Assembly (NCBI GenBank): GCA_964652975.1
Contig: CAZZCN010000001.1
Location: 27,191 to 91,190 of the forward strand
Source of the DNA: an uncultured Oscillospiraceae bacterium
GTDB lineage: Bacteria; Bacillota; Clostridia; Saccharofermentanales; UBA5734
Length of the DNA stretch: 64,000 nt
Reading direction: 5' to 3'
The stretch's first letter is position 1; every line of letters starts with the position of its first letter. This document shows positions 38,993 through 48,411 of the stretch, piece by piece. Below the pieces are notes generated by a model. That model ran no database searches, was not told where the DNA came from, and was given only the letters and a program-made list of their open reading frames with translations. The translations under genes and the position numbers were made by a program.

Positions 38993-40534
38993 CTAAAAGT
39001 TGCAAAAAAGAACATAACTACCGTCGCCAACATCAGAAAACACTGTGGAAGCTGATTTTGCAATGTCGCTCGGAATCTTACAATCTGAAATGGTGTTGAA
39101 TCGTGCAAAAATACTATCTGTCTGTGTTGAACTTCCACTTTCCGGGTTAGCGTCGTATGTCGAGGCAATATACTGTCTATCCTTCAAATATGCTTGGAAT
39201 TCGTCAAGGACTATTCCGTATTTTCTAATTATAAGTGATGCCGGTATTCCGACATACCTGATATGCCATGGTTCGAATCCCTTCGTCGTCTGCACTTCCT
39301 TGCCACTCAGGTATCTGATTATATATCCGTAGTTCCAGCAGTTCTTAGAAAGCCATATGCCAAATGTGGTTTTCGAAAATTCCTGTTCGAGGCCTGCATT
39401 TATAACTGTAATATCAGCTGTGTATCCGCCATGATGTTCGCTTGTGCCTGGAAATGCGATTAGCTGCTCCGTCTTAAGCTTTGCCTGTGCAAGCGTAAGT
39501 CCATTTTGCATGTGATAGTTCACTTTATTTTGAAAATACGTATTTTGAATTGCGTAACCACGGTATGTGTCCCTTATGGTTATGGAAGTCATGCCTTCGG
39601 ATTTGGCTTTATTAAGCATTTGCATCATAGGGTCTATACATTCCGGTCTCATTCGGAATGGTGCCTTTTCACTTGGTCCAAACGGAGACGGATCGAATGT
39701 TTTAAGCTTTGAGGTGTCGTTTGTCTGCTCCTTTGTTAAAATGAATCTCGGGCTTATGATTCGGAGCTGTGATTTTACCGGTATATTTCCCATCGCTTCA
39801 TTTTTGACCGTTGATATAAGCCAGTCTGATCCGCTTTTGTTAAGATTAATATGCAGCATTTCAATCTTTTGGTTGTTTTTGTCTGTACTCAGTGCAATCA
39901 GAACGCCGGCATTTTGCATTGATTCATTGCCAGTGTTTGCTATGGGTCTCATAGAAATTTTACCGTTTGCCTCACCTAAGTTAACAATGGATGGATTTGC
40001 ATAGATAAGCATTTTGCACTGGGAAGAGTTTGTAAAGAGCGTCAGATTCTGCATTAATTCCGGCATTTGCCCTATCGGGACAGCGTGGAAATTTGCAGGA
40101 AGTGCGGGATTAAAATTCTCAGGAATTTTGACATCCGGAATTTTCGTGTCCACAGATGTGCTTTCACTTATTGATGATTTACTTGAATCAGTCTTTGACT
40201 GCGGAGTCAAAGTTACCGTCGGGGAAGGCGTTGATTCAATCTTGGACTGTGCCGATGAACTGTCTGTAACATTAGAAATAGCAGACACTCCAGAACTTTC
40301 ACCACTACCTGACCCTTGCTTGTTACAAGAGGTTAATAGTGGAGTTGATAGCAAAGATATGATAAGCAAAAGACAAATCGCTGTTGTACGAGAGAATCTA
40401 TTTCCTCTGTGCAACTTATTAAATTCTCGAACTATTCTGTGCAATGTTCTTATTATTATTTTCTGAATTATTTTTACAATTTGATTGAATTTTATTATTT
40501 TCACGGATTTGAGATTTACGTTTTTATTACTCAT
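38993..40534 (-). CDS. M15B (VanY-like) D,D-/L,D-carboxypeptidase, probably a lipoprotein
   Basis: YRGY..Q, PGTSEHH..D, GYIIRY, EPWHIRYVG; hydrophobic stretch + LTSC, Ser-rich linker; start codon uncertain. Confidence 0.85.
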   Translation of the reverse strand: MSNKNVNLKSVKIIKFNQIVKIIQKIIIRTLHRIVREFNKLHRGNRFSRTTAICLLLIISLLSTPLLTSCNKQGSGSGESSGVSAISNVTDSSSAQSKIESTPSPTVTLTPQSKTDSSKSSISESTSVDTKIPDVKIPENFNPALPANFHAVPIGQMPELMQNLTLFTNSSQCKMLIYANPSIVNLGEANGKISMRPIANTGNESMQNAGVLIALSTDKNNQKIEMLHINLNKSGSDWLISTVKNEAMGNIPVKSQLRIISPRFILTKEQTNDTSKLKTFDPSPFGPSEKAPFRMRPECIDPMMQMLNKAKSEGMTSITIRDTYRGYAIQNTYFQNKVNYHMQNGLTLAQAKLKTEQLIAFPGTSEHHGGYTADITVINAGLEQEFSKTTFGIWLSKNCWNYGYIIRYLSGKEVQTTKGFEPWHIRYVGIPASLIIRKYGIVLDEFQAYLKDRQYIASTYDANPESGSSTQTDSIFARFNTISDCKIPSDIAKSASTVFSDVGDGSYVLFCNF

Positions 40535-40774
40535 TATTCATTTGTCCTCGCTATTTATATTGATTTGGTTTTTGTAGATGTTATACAATCTATTATTATA
40601 TCAGAATGCACTTACATTTTTCATAACTAAATATTTGTATTTTTTAAGTTTTAATTATTATATTATTATTACTGTTATTATCATTGGACCCGCTGTACTA
40701 TTGTTTTCAGTCTTTAATTAATAACTGTGACCTATAGTGCATGTATAGAAGATGAGTATATTCTTTTCGGATTT

Positions 40775-41683
40775 TTATAGCATGTTTTTGCGGTAAAAAA
40801 TAATGCCGGTAACCAGTGAGGTTACTACTGATATACCAACAATCAATGTGAATGCCCATGACTGCTGCGCAAACGGGAGTTTGACATTCATGCCGTAAAT
40901 GCCCGCAACCATGGTGGGTATGGCTATAATAAGGGTAAGGGCTGTAAGTATCTTCATTATCTGATTGACGTTGTTTGATAGTACTGATCCAAATGCATCC
41001 ATCAGAGCGTCCAGGTCAGAGTTGAAAATATCCGCCATTTCACTAGCCTGTTCTATTGCAACAACTGTGTCCTCCATCAGGTCGGGAGATTTAAAGAACT
41101 TATCATTTTCCTTTATATGCGTAAGTAATCTCTTCAAGCCCTTGAGAGAGGTGTTGATTGCAGTTAAGCTTCGCTGGTAATCCATAAGCTGGAAAATCTC
41201 ATCGTTGTTTACTTTCCTTTTCATGCTGGTCTCTAAGCGTTCAGTATCATCATTGATTTGATTTAGAAATTTTATATACAAAACTGCAATTTCGTATAAG
41301 ATTTCGAGAATTATAATGTCTCCATGTTCTGCGGTTGTTCTTTCATCATTCATCATTTGATTAATAAGTGGTATATTATGCTTGCTTACTGCGACAAAGC
41401 ATTTGTCGTTATAGAAAAATCCTATTGGTGTTGTTCGCAGCTTTTTGTCATGAGTGGCATTGATTGAATGAGGCAGATCAACATAAACCGAAGTTATATG
41501 ATTAAAGTGAATGCGTGTCAGCGCGTTCTGATCAAGAGCTGTTAAAAGTAAAGCTGTTTCGATTTTGCTTTTGATGGCAACTTTGTCAAATTCTTTGGCA
41601 TCAGGTGCAACAAGTAAATATTTTGATATCGATGGTTTTCCACTTGCCTTTTTATTATTCTGATCATCATATTCGGTAAACAT
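40775..41683 (-). CDS. corA: CorA-family Mg2+ transporter
   Basis: NNVNQIMKILT, IPTMVAGIYGMN signature, two C-terminal TMs. Confidence 0.9.
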   Translation of the reverse strand: MFTEYDDQNNKKASGKPSISKYLLVAPDAKEFDKVAIKSKIETALLLTALDQNALTRIHFNHITSVYVDLPHSINATHDKKLRTTPIGFFYNDKCFVAVSKHNIPLINQMMNDERTTAEHGDIIILEILYEIAVLYIKFLNQINDDTERLETSMKRKVNNDEIFQLMDYQRSLTAINTSLKGLKRLLTHIKENDKFFKSPDLMEDTVVAIEQASEMADIFNSDLDALMDAFGSVLSNNVNQIMKILTALTLIIAIPTMVAGIYGMNVKLPFAQQSWAFTLIVGISVVTSLVTGIIFYRKNML

Positions 41684-41823
41684 TTGCTATTAGCCTCCTG
41701 ATATATTATTTTTATGAACATGCATATTCTTCTTGCTACTTCAGATAACATAAAAGGAAGCATGCTTATGTATTATTATATCACTAATAATACAACAATC
41801 ATAAAAATCATATAAAAAGTGAA

Positions 41824-42693
41824 TTAATCAATCTCGTCAATTAAAGGAATAGAATCCGATGCACCTTTTCTTGAGACTGCTATCGAAGCAGCCTTTGAGG
41901 ATATTCTAAGTGACTCTTGAATTGACTTGCCGTTTGCAACCGAAGCAAGAAAATATCCTGCAAATGTGTCACCCGCTGCCGTTGTATCTACAACAGCAAC
42001 AGGAAATATGTCCTGTGTATATGTAGAGTCGTTGTCGTGATAGACAACACCATCCTTACCAAGTGTTAGGACGACTTTCATTGCCGGATTGGATGTCACC
42101 AGTTTCTGAACTGTTTTAATAGGATCTGTTTCCTGTGAAAAATATGTCCCCTCTTCTTCGTTCAAAATAAGCCATGTGACATACGGGAGTATTTTAGTAA
42201 GATCCGGACTTACCGGAGACGGGTTGAGCATTATCCGGATACCTTTGTCATGAGCTGTTCTGGCGATGTATTCAAGACAGCTTATTTCATTTTGCAGCAC
42301 CATTATATCGTCTTGATGAAAATGAGAAAGCACCTGTTCAGCATATTTCTCGGTTATTAAATGATTCGCCCCAGCATAAAGCAAAATGCAGTTCTGACCG
42401 TCCTTGTTGACTTGAATTATTGCATGTCCGCTTTGGCTGTCTGCCTGTTTGATAAAAGAAACATCAACATTGTTATCGAGCAACTTCTTGCGGAGAATCT
42501 CTCCATCCTTGCCTATGCAACCTGCGTGAAAGACCTCAAGACCCGCCTTTGACATGGCAATCGATTGATTAAGCCCCTTGCCTCCGCAAAAAATTTGTAG
42601 ATCTTTTGAGGAGCGCGTTTCACCTGCTTTTACAAATTCTTCGACAAAGTAAACATAATCAATATTAAGAGACCCGAAATTCAGAATTTCCAT
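41824..42693 (-). CDS. rbsK: Ribokinase / PfkB-family sugar kinase
   Basis: GSLNID, GGKGLNQS, GHAII, LQNEI, NPSP, DTTAAGDTF. Confidence 0.85.
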   Translation of the reverse strand: MEILNFGSLNIDYVYFVEEFVKAGETRSSKDLQIFCGGKGLNQSIAMSKAGLEVFHAGCIGKDGEILRKKLLDNNVDVSFIKQADSQSGHAIIQVNKDGQNCILLYAGANHLITEKYAEQVLSHFHQDDIMVLQNEISCLEYIARTAHDKGIRIMLNPSPVSPDLTKILPYVTWLILNEEEGTYFSQETDPIKTVQKLVTSNPAMKVVLTLGKDGVVYHDNDSTYTQDIFPVAVVDTTAAGDTFAGYFLASVANGKSIQESLRISSKAASIAVSRKGASDSIPLIDEID

Positions 42694-42873
42694 ATAACCT
42701 CGCAAAAATAAATATGTGCATCATTAGTATGCTGTAATAAATATTGGTAAAATATATTTTCAAATTACTTATTCGATTAATCAAATGTTATGTATTCGCA
42801 TAATCATTATTAACAATCGGTCATCATTAAAAGTATTTTATAATATCAGCCAAACAAATTCAAATGGATTGTT

Positions 42874-44187
42874 CTATTTATATTCCGGCAGCCATCCATT
42901 GTGAGCTTCAATCAAATCGTCACACATTGCAACAATATCATCGATTGAAAGTTCTGAGCTTGTATGCGGGTCAAGCATGGCAGCCTGGTAAATGTGTTCC
43001 TTTTTCTTTGTTCTTGCAGCTTCAATTGTCATAAGCTGGACGTTTATATTCGTCATGTTAAGTGCTGCGCATTGTACCGGAAGATATCCGACTTTAAGTG
43101 GATGAACACCGAATGAGTCTGCTATGCAAGGGATTTCGACACATGCCTCTCTCGGCAGATTATCGATCAATCCGGTATTAATAACATTTCCCCCGAATTT
43201 GTATGGTTTGCCGGAAACAATGGCATTTATTATATAAGATGCATATTCTTCAGTTCTGGCATGGGAAAGCTCAGGGTTGTCAATCAATGAACCTTTCATG
43301 CTCTTCCAGCCTTCAATTTGTGCAACACAGCGTCTTGGATACTCATCGAGGGGTATGTTAAATCGTTCAATCAATTCAGGATATTTTGACTTGATAAAAT
43401 ATGGCGTATACTCTGAATTATGTTCACTCGACTCAGTAATATAGTATCCGAATTTGTGCATTAACTCGTGGCGTACCTTATCCCAGCCGGGAGCACCCTT
43501 CTCCAGAGATAGTTTCTTTATAGTCGGGTACAGGTCGTTGCCATCTTTGTCTTTAATATCTAAAAGCCACGCCATATGATTAATTCCGGCAATATTCCAA
43601 TGGATATCGTCAGAATATTCAAGTCCTACACCTTCGACAAGTCCTTTCGCACACACTTGAACACTGTGACAAAGTCCTACAGTGTTAACTCCGGTATATC
43701 TTTGCATGTATCCTGTGAGCATTGCCATCGGGTTAACATAAGTTATGAACCATGCATTCGGACAGACTTCCATTATATCTGTCGCAAAATCCTCCATTAC
43801 AGGAATTGTCCGCAGTGCCCTGAAAATCCCTCCGATTCCGAGAGTATCGGCTATTGTCTGCCGAAGACCGTATTTACGTGGTATTTCAAAGTCTGCAATC
43901 GTGCAAGGATCATATCCTCCTACCTGGATTGCATTGACAATAAAATTAGCACCACTTAATGCTTCTTTTCGATTGCTTATACCACAGTACTTCTTTATCA
44001 CCGATGCCCCGCCGTTTATGTTTCTGTTAATTGCCGAAAGCATTTCGAAGCTCTCATTAAGTCTCAATTCATCGATATCGTAAAGGGCAATCTCTGCTTT
44101 CGATGTGTATTCGCCAAGCATGCAGTCTCCAAGTACGTTTCTTGCAAACACTGTGCTGCCAGCCCCCATAAAAGTAATTTTAACCAT
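42874..44187 (-). CDS. melA: GH4 NAD+/Mn2+-dependent alpha-galactosidase/alpha-glucosidase
   Basis: ITFMGAGSTVF, QTIADTLGIGGIFRALRT, NPMA, GLCHSVQ, GINHMAW, TESSEH. Confidence 0.9.
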   Translation of the reverse strand: MVKITFMGAGSTVFARNVLGDCMLGEYTSKAEIALYDIDELRLNESFEMLSAINRNINGGASVIKKYCGISNRKEALSGANFIVNAIQVGGYDPCTIADFEIPRKYGLRQTIADTLGIGGIFRALRTIPVMEDFATDIMEVCPNAWFITYVNPMAMLTGYMQRYTGVNTVGLCHSVQVCAKGLVEGVGLEYSDDIHWNIAGINHMAWLLDIKDKDGNDLYPTIKKLSLEKGAPGWDKVRHELMHKFGYYITESSEHNSEYTPYFIKSKYPELIERFNIPLDEYPRRCVAQIEGWKSMKGSLIDNPELSHARTEEYASYIINAIVSGKPYKFGGNVINTGLIDNLPREACVEIPCIADSFGVHPLKVGYLPVQCAALNMTNINVQLMTIEAARTKKKEHIYQAAMLDPHTSSELSIDDIVAMCDDLIEAHNGWLPEYK

Positions 44188-44420
44188 ATTCAAAGTCCCC
44201 TCTCGAATTGTTGTATTTTGTGTCAGTGTAGTTTTGTCGGTTCCACTTTCTCATTATCGTTTGTCAGTCTCGGTTTGTCAGTGGCGTTTTTTAAGTTTCG
44301 TTTTGTCAGTGGCGGTTCGTCAGTGGCGGTTCGTCTTTATTTTGCACGAATTTTATTTTGTCATTTTATTTATCAAATCATTTTACAATGTTTATGTTAT
44401 GTTAGCCATATAAATATTGA

Positions 44421-44496
44421 TGTTTTATGTTGTCAATTTTATTCTTAATGTTGTTTTATGTTGTCAATTTTATTCTTAATGTTGTTTTATATTGTC
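44421..44496. repeat. 31-nt tandem repeat (two perfect copies plus a partial) overlapping the oxidoreductase stop codon
   Basis: TGTTTTATGTTGTCAATTTTATTCTTAATGT at 44421 and 44452; partial at 44483. Confidence 0.88.
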
Positions 44497-45644
44497 GGTT
44501 CAATCTTTACAAACCGATTCTCCTCTACAGACCGGTTGGCCTTTAGACACATGAGTGCGCTTAATACGCCAGTCTCTAGTGGTGCACAGGATTTTTCAGC
44601 ACCTCTCATGACATTGATGAAATTATTTAGCAGGACGGAATCCCCGCCGCTGTGGGTCATACTTGACGTATCGATTTTATATGTCCTCGTCTCAGGTTTG
44701 TGATGCATATGCACTTTTACTTCGTTTGTGTACCAGTCGAACTCTACCGTTCCATTGTAGCCGGCAAGTATTGCTCCGCGCTTTGCCGCGGATTTTTTGA
44801 CAAAAAAGTTCTGCGTGTAAACCATGTGCATTCCCCGTGAGTATTTCACGAGCGCCGAACCAGAATCCTGGTTACCGGTGTCTTTTGCAAAAGCACACAT
44901 ATTGCCTTGAACTCCGTCATACGATATATGTTCTATATAAAAAGGGCTTTGTGGACAGGTTTCGTATTCATTGCATTTTTCGCAAAGTAAATTCTCTTCC
45001 TTGTCACCTTTGAATATCTGCTTGGAAATTGTTGCACATATTTCAATCGGGACATCCTGGAGCAGGTAATTTATATAGTCAAAATCATGGGTTGCCTTCT
45101 GTAAAAACAGGCCTCCTGTCTCCTTTTCGTTGCGATACCAGTTCTGGTAATAAACAGCACCGTACGGCACATAATTGAATGCGGCGACATGTTCTATCGC
45201 GCCAAGTTCTCCGGAATCGATAATTTTCTTTACCGCAGATAAAAGCGGCGTATATCTCAAAGGGAACGACACCACGACCTCACAAGGAAATTGTTCACCG
45301 GCTTCCTTTAATGAGATCAAATCCTCCATTGTTGTTGACACAGGTTTTTCGAGAAAAAGAGGAATCCCCTTCTTTAAAACTTTTATAGCATTTTCTGTGT
45401 GTGTCGAGCATCTGGTGCCGACCATTACTCCGTCGAATTTTTCGCTGTCAAGCATTTCGTCTGCAGAATCGTAGAAGTTGATATTTGTTGTTGATATTTT
45501 AAATTCTGTCAGCATTTTAATTACTTCTTCAGGGTCTTTTACATCGGTGACTGCAGTAAGTGTGACACCGAGGTTGAAGGAATACATGTCCCTTAATAAA
45601 TTGCATATTCTGTTTCCACAGCCAATTACTCCAACTTTCAACAT
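44487..45644 (-). CDS. Gfo/Idh/MocA-family NAD(P)-dependent oxidoreductase
   Basis: KVGVIGCGNR, LEKPV, GGLFLQKATHDFD, Cys cluster, HSGGD. Confidence 0.92.
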   Translation of the reverse strand: MLKVGVIGCGNRICNLLRDMYSFNLGVTLTAVTDVKDPEEVIKMLTEFKISTTNINFYDSADEMLDSEKFDGVMVGTRCSTHTENAIKVLKKGIPLFLEKPVSTTMEDLISLKEAGEQFPCEVVVSFPLRYTPLLSAVKKIIDSGELGAIEHVAAFNYVPYGAVYYQNWYRNEKETGGLFLQKATHDFDYINYLLQDVPIEICATISKQIFKGDKEENLLCEKCNEYETCPQSPFYIEHISYDGVQGNMCAFAKDTGNQDSGSALVKYSRGMHMVYTQNFFVKKSAAKRGAILAGYNGTVEFDWYTNEVKVHMHHKPETRTYKIDTSSMTHSGGDSVLLNNFINVMRGAEKSCAPLETGVLSALMCLKANRSVEENRFVKIEPTI

Positions 45645-46588
45645 AATGCTTTCTCCTTTTTGGGCTCGCTTAAAAGCAATTTATTCAACTCGTCTTCAAC
45701 TTTTGATGGATCCATGTCAGTAATCAAATAACTGTGTTTATTTGAAGTTGATTTTCGCCATGTTGTAACGCCCTTGTCATCAACTTTTATCTCGCCGTAT
45801 TCGTGAATTTTCCAGAAAGGTGCTTCACCTCTTACCGCATAAAGAACTGCTGTAAGATCCCAGCTTTCACGGTTGCCGTTGCAATAGACCTCATAGCTTT
45901 TGCCGACCGGAGTAGCAACACTCCTGTCAATCAATGGCTTCCCGGTCAATATCTTTTGACCTATCTCATAACTTGACAATATTATCGGGACTGGTGAATT
46001 GTCAAAAACACCCTGAGCAGATTTTATGTCGGCTACTATGTTGTATTCACCTTCCATTTTTTCGTGTCCCCAGACCACGTCTCCATCCATATGGAAGAAG
46101 CCACCCATTATGACCATTTTGTCAACCTTTTGTGCCACCAGCTCAATTCCGTCAAGTGGGCTGAATTCATCTGCACCGCTTTCAAGTAGGTCATGAAGGT
46201 TGTTCAAAGGACCGATCGCCACTATCACAATGTTACCCTCGTCATCTTCGGCAAGAGTCTTCCTTAGTAAGGAAACCGCGTCTGGTGCGTCAGCCCGGGT
46301 ATTGTATCCATGGGGAAAATTGTCGTATACGTATTTTGCATATGCACCTAATTCAGGGGCGTCCTTGAACCCGTCCTTCTTGTATGAGCCAATCGGCAAA
46401 GACCTTCCGTAATAGATATTTATTGCGTCTATGCAGCCTATTGCACAGTCAAGTGAAGTGCAGTGAGTTATAGCAAGAATCTGAGTCTCCCCAAGATCAG
46501 CAAGTGCATGTGCAACAGCAATGGCTCCTGCATCATCGCAATCCGCACCTAAATCTGTATCGAGTATCATTTTTACAATTTTGTTCAT
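45638..46588 (-). CDS. Nucleoside hydrolase (IU-NH) family protein
   Basis: ILDTDLGADCDDAGA Ca-binding motif, IGPLNNL, MGG, EYNI, SWD. Confidence 0.88.
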   Translation of the reverse strand: MNKIVKMILDTDLGADCDDAGAIAVAHALADLGETQILAITHCTSLDCAIGCIDAINIYYGRSLPIGSYKKDGFKDAPELGAYAKYVYDNFPHGYNTRADAPDAVSLLRKTLAEDDEGNIVIVAIGPLNNLHDLLESGADEFSPLDGIELVAQKVDKMVIMGGFFHMDGDVVWGHEKMEGEYNIVADIKSAQGVFDNSPVPIILSSYEIGQKILTGKPLIDRSVATPVGKSYEVYCNGNRESWDLTAVLYAVRGEAPFWKIHEYGEIKVDDKGVTTWRKSTSNKHSYLITDMDPSKVEDELNKLLLSEPKKEKALC

Positions 46589-46604
46589 AATATTCTTTTC
46601 CTCT

Positions 46605-47459
46605 TTATTTTATACCACTCATCACGAGTCCTTTTGTAAAAAACTTCATTCCTCCGAAGTATATGGCTATTGTTGGAGCTGAAAACAACACACTTGCCGC
46701 CATTAGATAATGCCAGGGAATTACTCCGTGGCCTGACCTGAGGGAATTGAGTCCCAGTGACAATGTAAACTTGTCCATATCGCTGATATATATATTAGGG
46801 CCGATAAAGTCTCCCCACACTCCTACAAAGGTGAATATTATCAGTGTGGCGATAATGGGTATGCAATTCGGAACTATTATTTTTAATAATATATTAAAAG
46901 AACTGCATCCGTCAATATATGCCGCTTCGTCAAGCTCTCGCGGGATTCCCATAATAAACTGGCGCATCATGAAAATGTAGAATGGACTACCACCGATTGA
47001 AGGAATTATAAGTGGCAGATATGTCCCTATCCAGCCTATTTTATTGAACAGCGCATATGATGGAACCATTGTCACCGCCCATGGAATCATCATTGTTGAC
47101 AACAGGACGTAGAACAGTATCATATTCGCTTTGCATCTGAATCTGGCGAAACCGTATGCCACCAAAGTGGAGCTTACCAGTATCAGTGCAATGTTCGAAA
47201 AGCAGATCATCAGAGTGTTTGCAATCCATTTACCCATCTGGTCAACCTGGAATAAAATATATCCGTAATTTTCAATCAGGTTCATTTTTGTCGGAAAAAG
47301 TGATGGTGGTATTGTTACTATTTCGGACTCCGGTTTGAATGAAGAAAGAACCAGCCATGCAAAAGGTATTATCGCAACACATGCAAGTGGAACAACGATT
47401 ACATATAGTATGATTTTGGTGAGTTTCTTTTTTAGTCTGTAACCTTGATTGCTAAGCAT
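46605..47459 (-). CDS. Carbohydrate ABC transporter permease (MalG-like)
   Basis: MRQFIMGIPRELDEAAYIDG. Confidence 0.93.
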   Translation of the reverse strand: MLSNQGYRLKKKLTKIILYVIVVPLACVAIIPFAWLVLSSFKPESEIVTIPPSLFPTKMNLIENYGYILFQVDQMGKWIANTLMICFSNIALILVSSTLVAYGFARFRCKANMILFYVLLSTMMIPWAVTMVPSYALFNKIGWIGTYLPLIIPSIGGSPFYIFMMRQFIMGIPRELDEAAYIDGCSSFNILLKIIVPNCIPIIATLIIFTFVGVWGDFIGPNIYISDMDKFTLSLGLNSLRSGHGVIPWHYLMAASVLFSAPTIAIYFGGMKFFTKGLVMSGIK

Positions 47460-48385
47460 TATTTATCACCGCCTTCATAGTACACAAGCGTGTTGCCGTA
47501 TTTGAAAAATATCATTGTGAAGAACAGGACTATTACAAATACAATCCAGGCGTATGCGCTTGCCATGCCGAAGAACTTGCTCGTAAACGCCATGCTGTAT
47601 ATCTGGAATGTATAGGTCGTTGTGGCGTTGCCGGGGCCTCCCTGAGTCAGCACGAATATTTCCGAAAAAACCTGCAGACAGCCGATAATTCCGGTTATTA
47701 CAATGTAAAACAAAGTAGGGCTGATCATCGGAAGAGTTACGAAGATAAATTTTTTGAAAAATCCCGCTCCGTCTATATCCATTGACTCATAAAGGTCCGG
47801 TGAAACGCTTTGAAGTCCTGCTATCAGAAGAGTGATTGTCGGTCCGATACCGGCCCATACGCTCATGATGATTATGGAGCGCATTGCCCATCCCTTGCCC
47901 AGCCAGTCAATTGCAGGAAGTCCAAACATTTGAAAAGCGCCATCCAAAAGGCCGAAATCCTTGGCAAACATATATTGCCACAGCAGTGCTCCGCTGATGA
48001 ACGGCAGGACGCTGGGAAGATAAAACATGATCCTTAAACCGCGGCTGAATCTTATTATCTTGTCTAGCAGGACTGAAAGGAAAAGTGCAATCAACAGGCA
48101 GATCAGAACCCTGAAAAAAGTGAATGTGAATGTGTTTACAGTAGCGGCAAAGAAATCGTCCAGTCTCGTTGTAAAAATAGTGATATAGTTTTGAAGCCCA
48201 AGAAACTTCGGTGGTTTTAAAAGGTTGTATTTTGTAAGGCTGAAGTACATAGAGGCAACAAGCGGAATTATTCCAAAGCATAGGAATCCCACAAGCCAGG
48301 GACTGATGTATTTGAAAAACTGCCTTGTCTTCCGTCTCTCATATGCGTTTGTCTTTTTTCTAACGGTCAATGCGCCTTCGCTCAT
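47459..48385 (-). CDS. Carbohydrate ABC transporter permease (MalF-like)
   Basis: SPWLVGF, AGLQSVSPDLYESMDIDGAG, TLPMISP, GMASAYAW. Confidence 0.93.
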   Translation of the reverse strand: MSEGALTVRKKTNAYERRKTRQFFKYISPWLVGFLCFGIIPLVASMYFSLTKYNLLKPPKFLGLQNYITIFTTRLDDFFAATVNTFTFTFFRVLICLLIALFLSVLLDKIIRFSRGLRIMFYLPSVLPFISGALLWQYMFAKDFGLLDGAFQMFGLPAIDWLGKGWAMRSIIIMSVWAGIGPTITLLIAGLQSVSPDLYESMDIDGAGFFKKFIFVTLPMISPTLFYIVITGIIGCLQVFSEIFVLTQGGPGNATTTYTFQIYSMAFTSKFFGMASAYAWIVFVIVLFFTMIFFKYGNTLVYYEGGDK

Positions 48386-48411
48386 GCTTTGCTCACTTTC
48401 TTCGTAATAAT

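Noticed and set aside
38993-40534. VanY-like gene as glycopeptide resistance
   Set aside because: No vanHAX or vanRS nearby; stand-alone M15B peptidases are housekeeping cell-wall enzymes.
44421-44496. 31-nt repeats as a possible CRISPR array
   Set aside because: Copies are head-to-tail with no spacers, there are only about 2.5 of them, and no cas genes are present.
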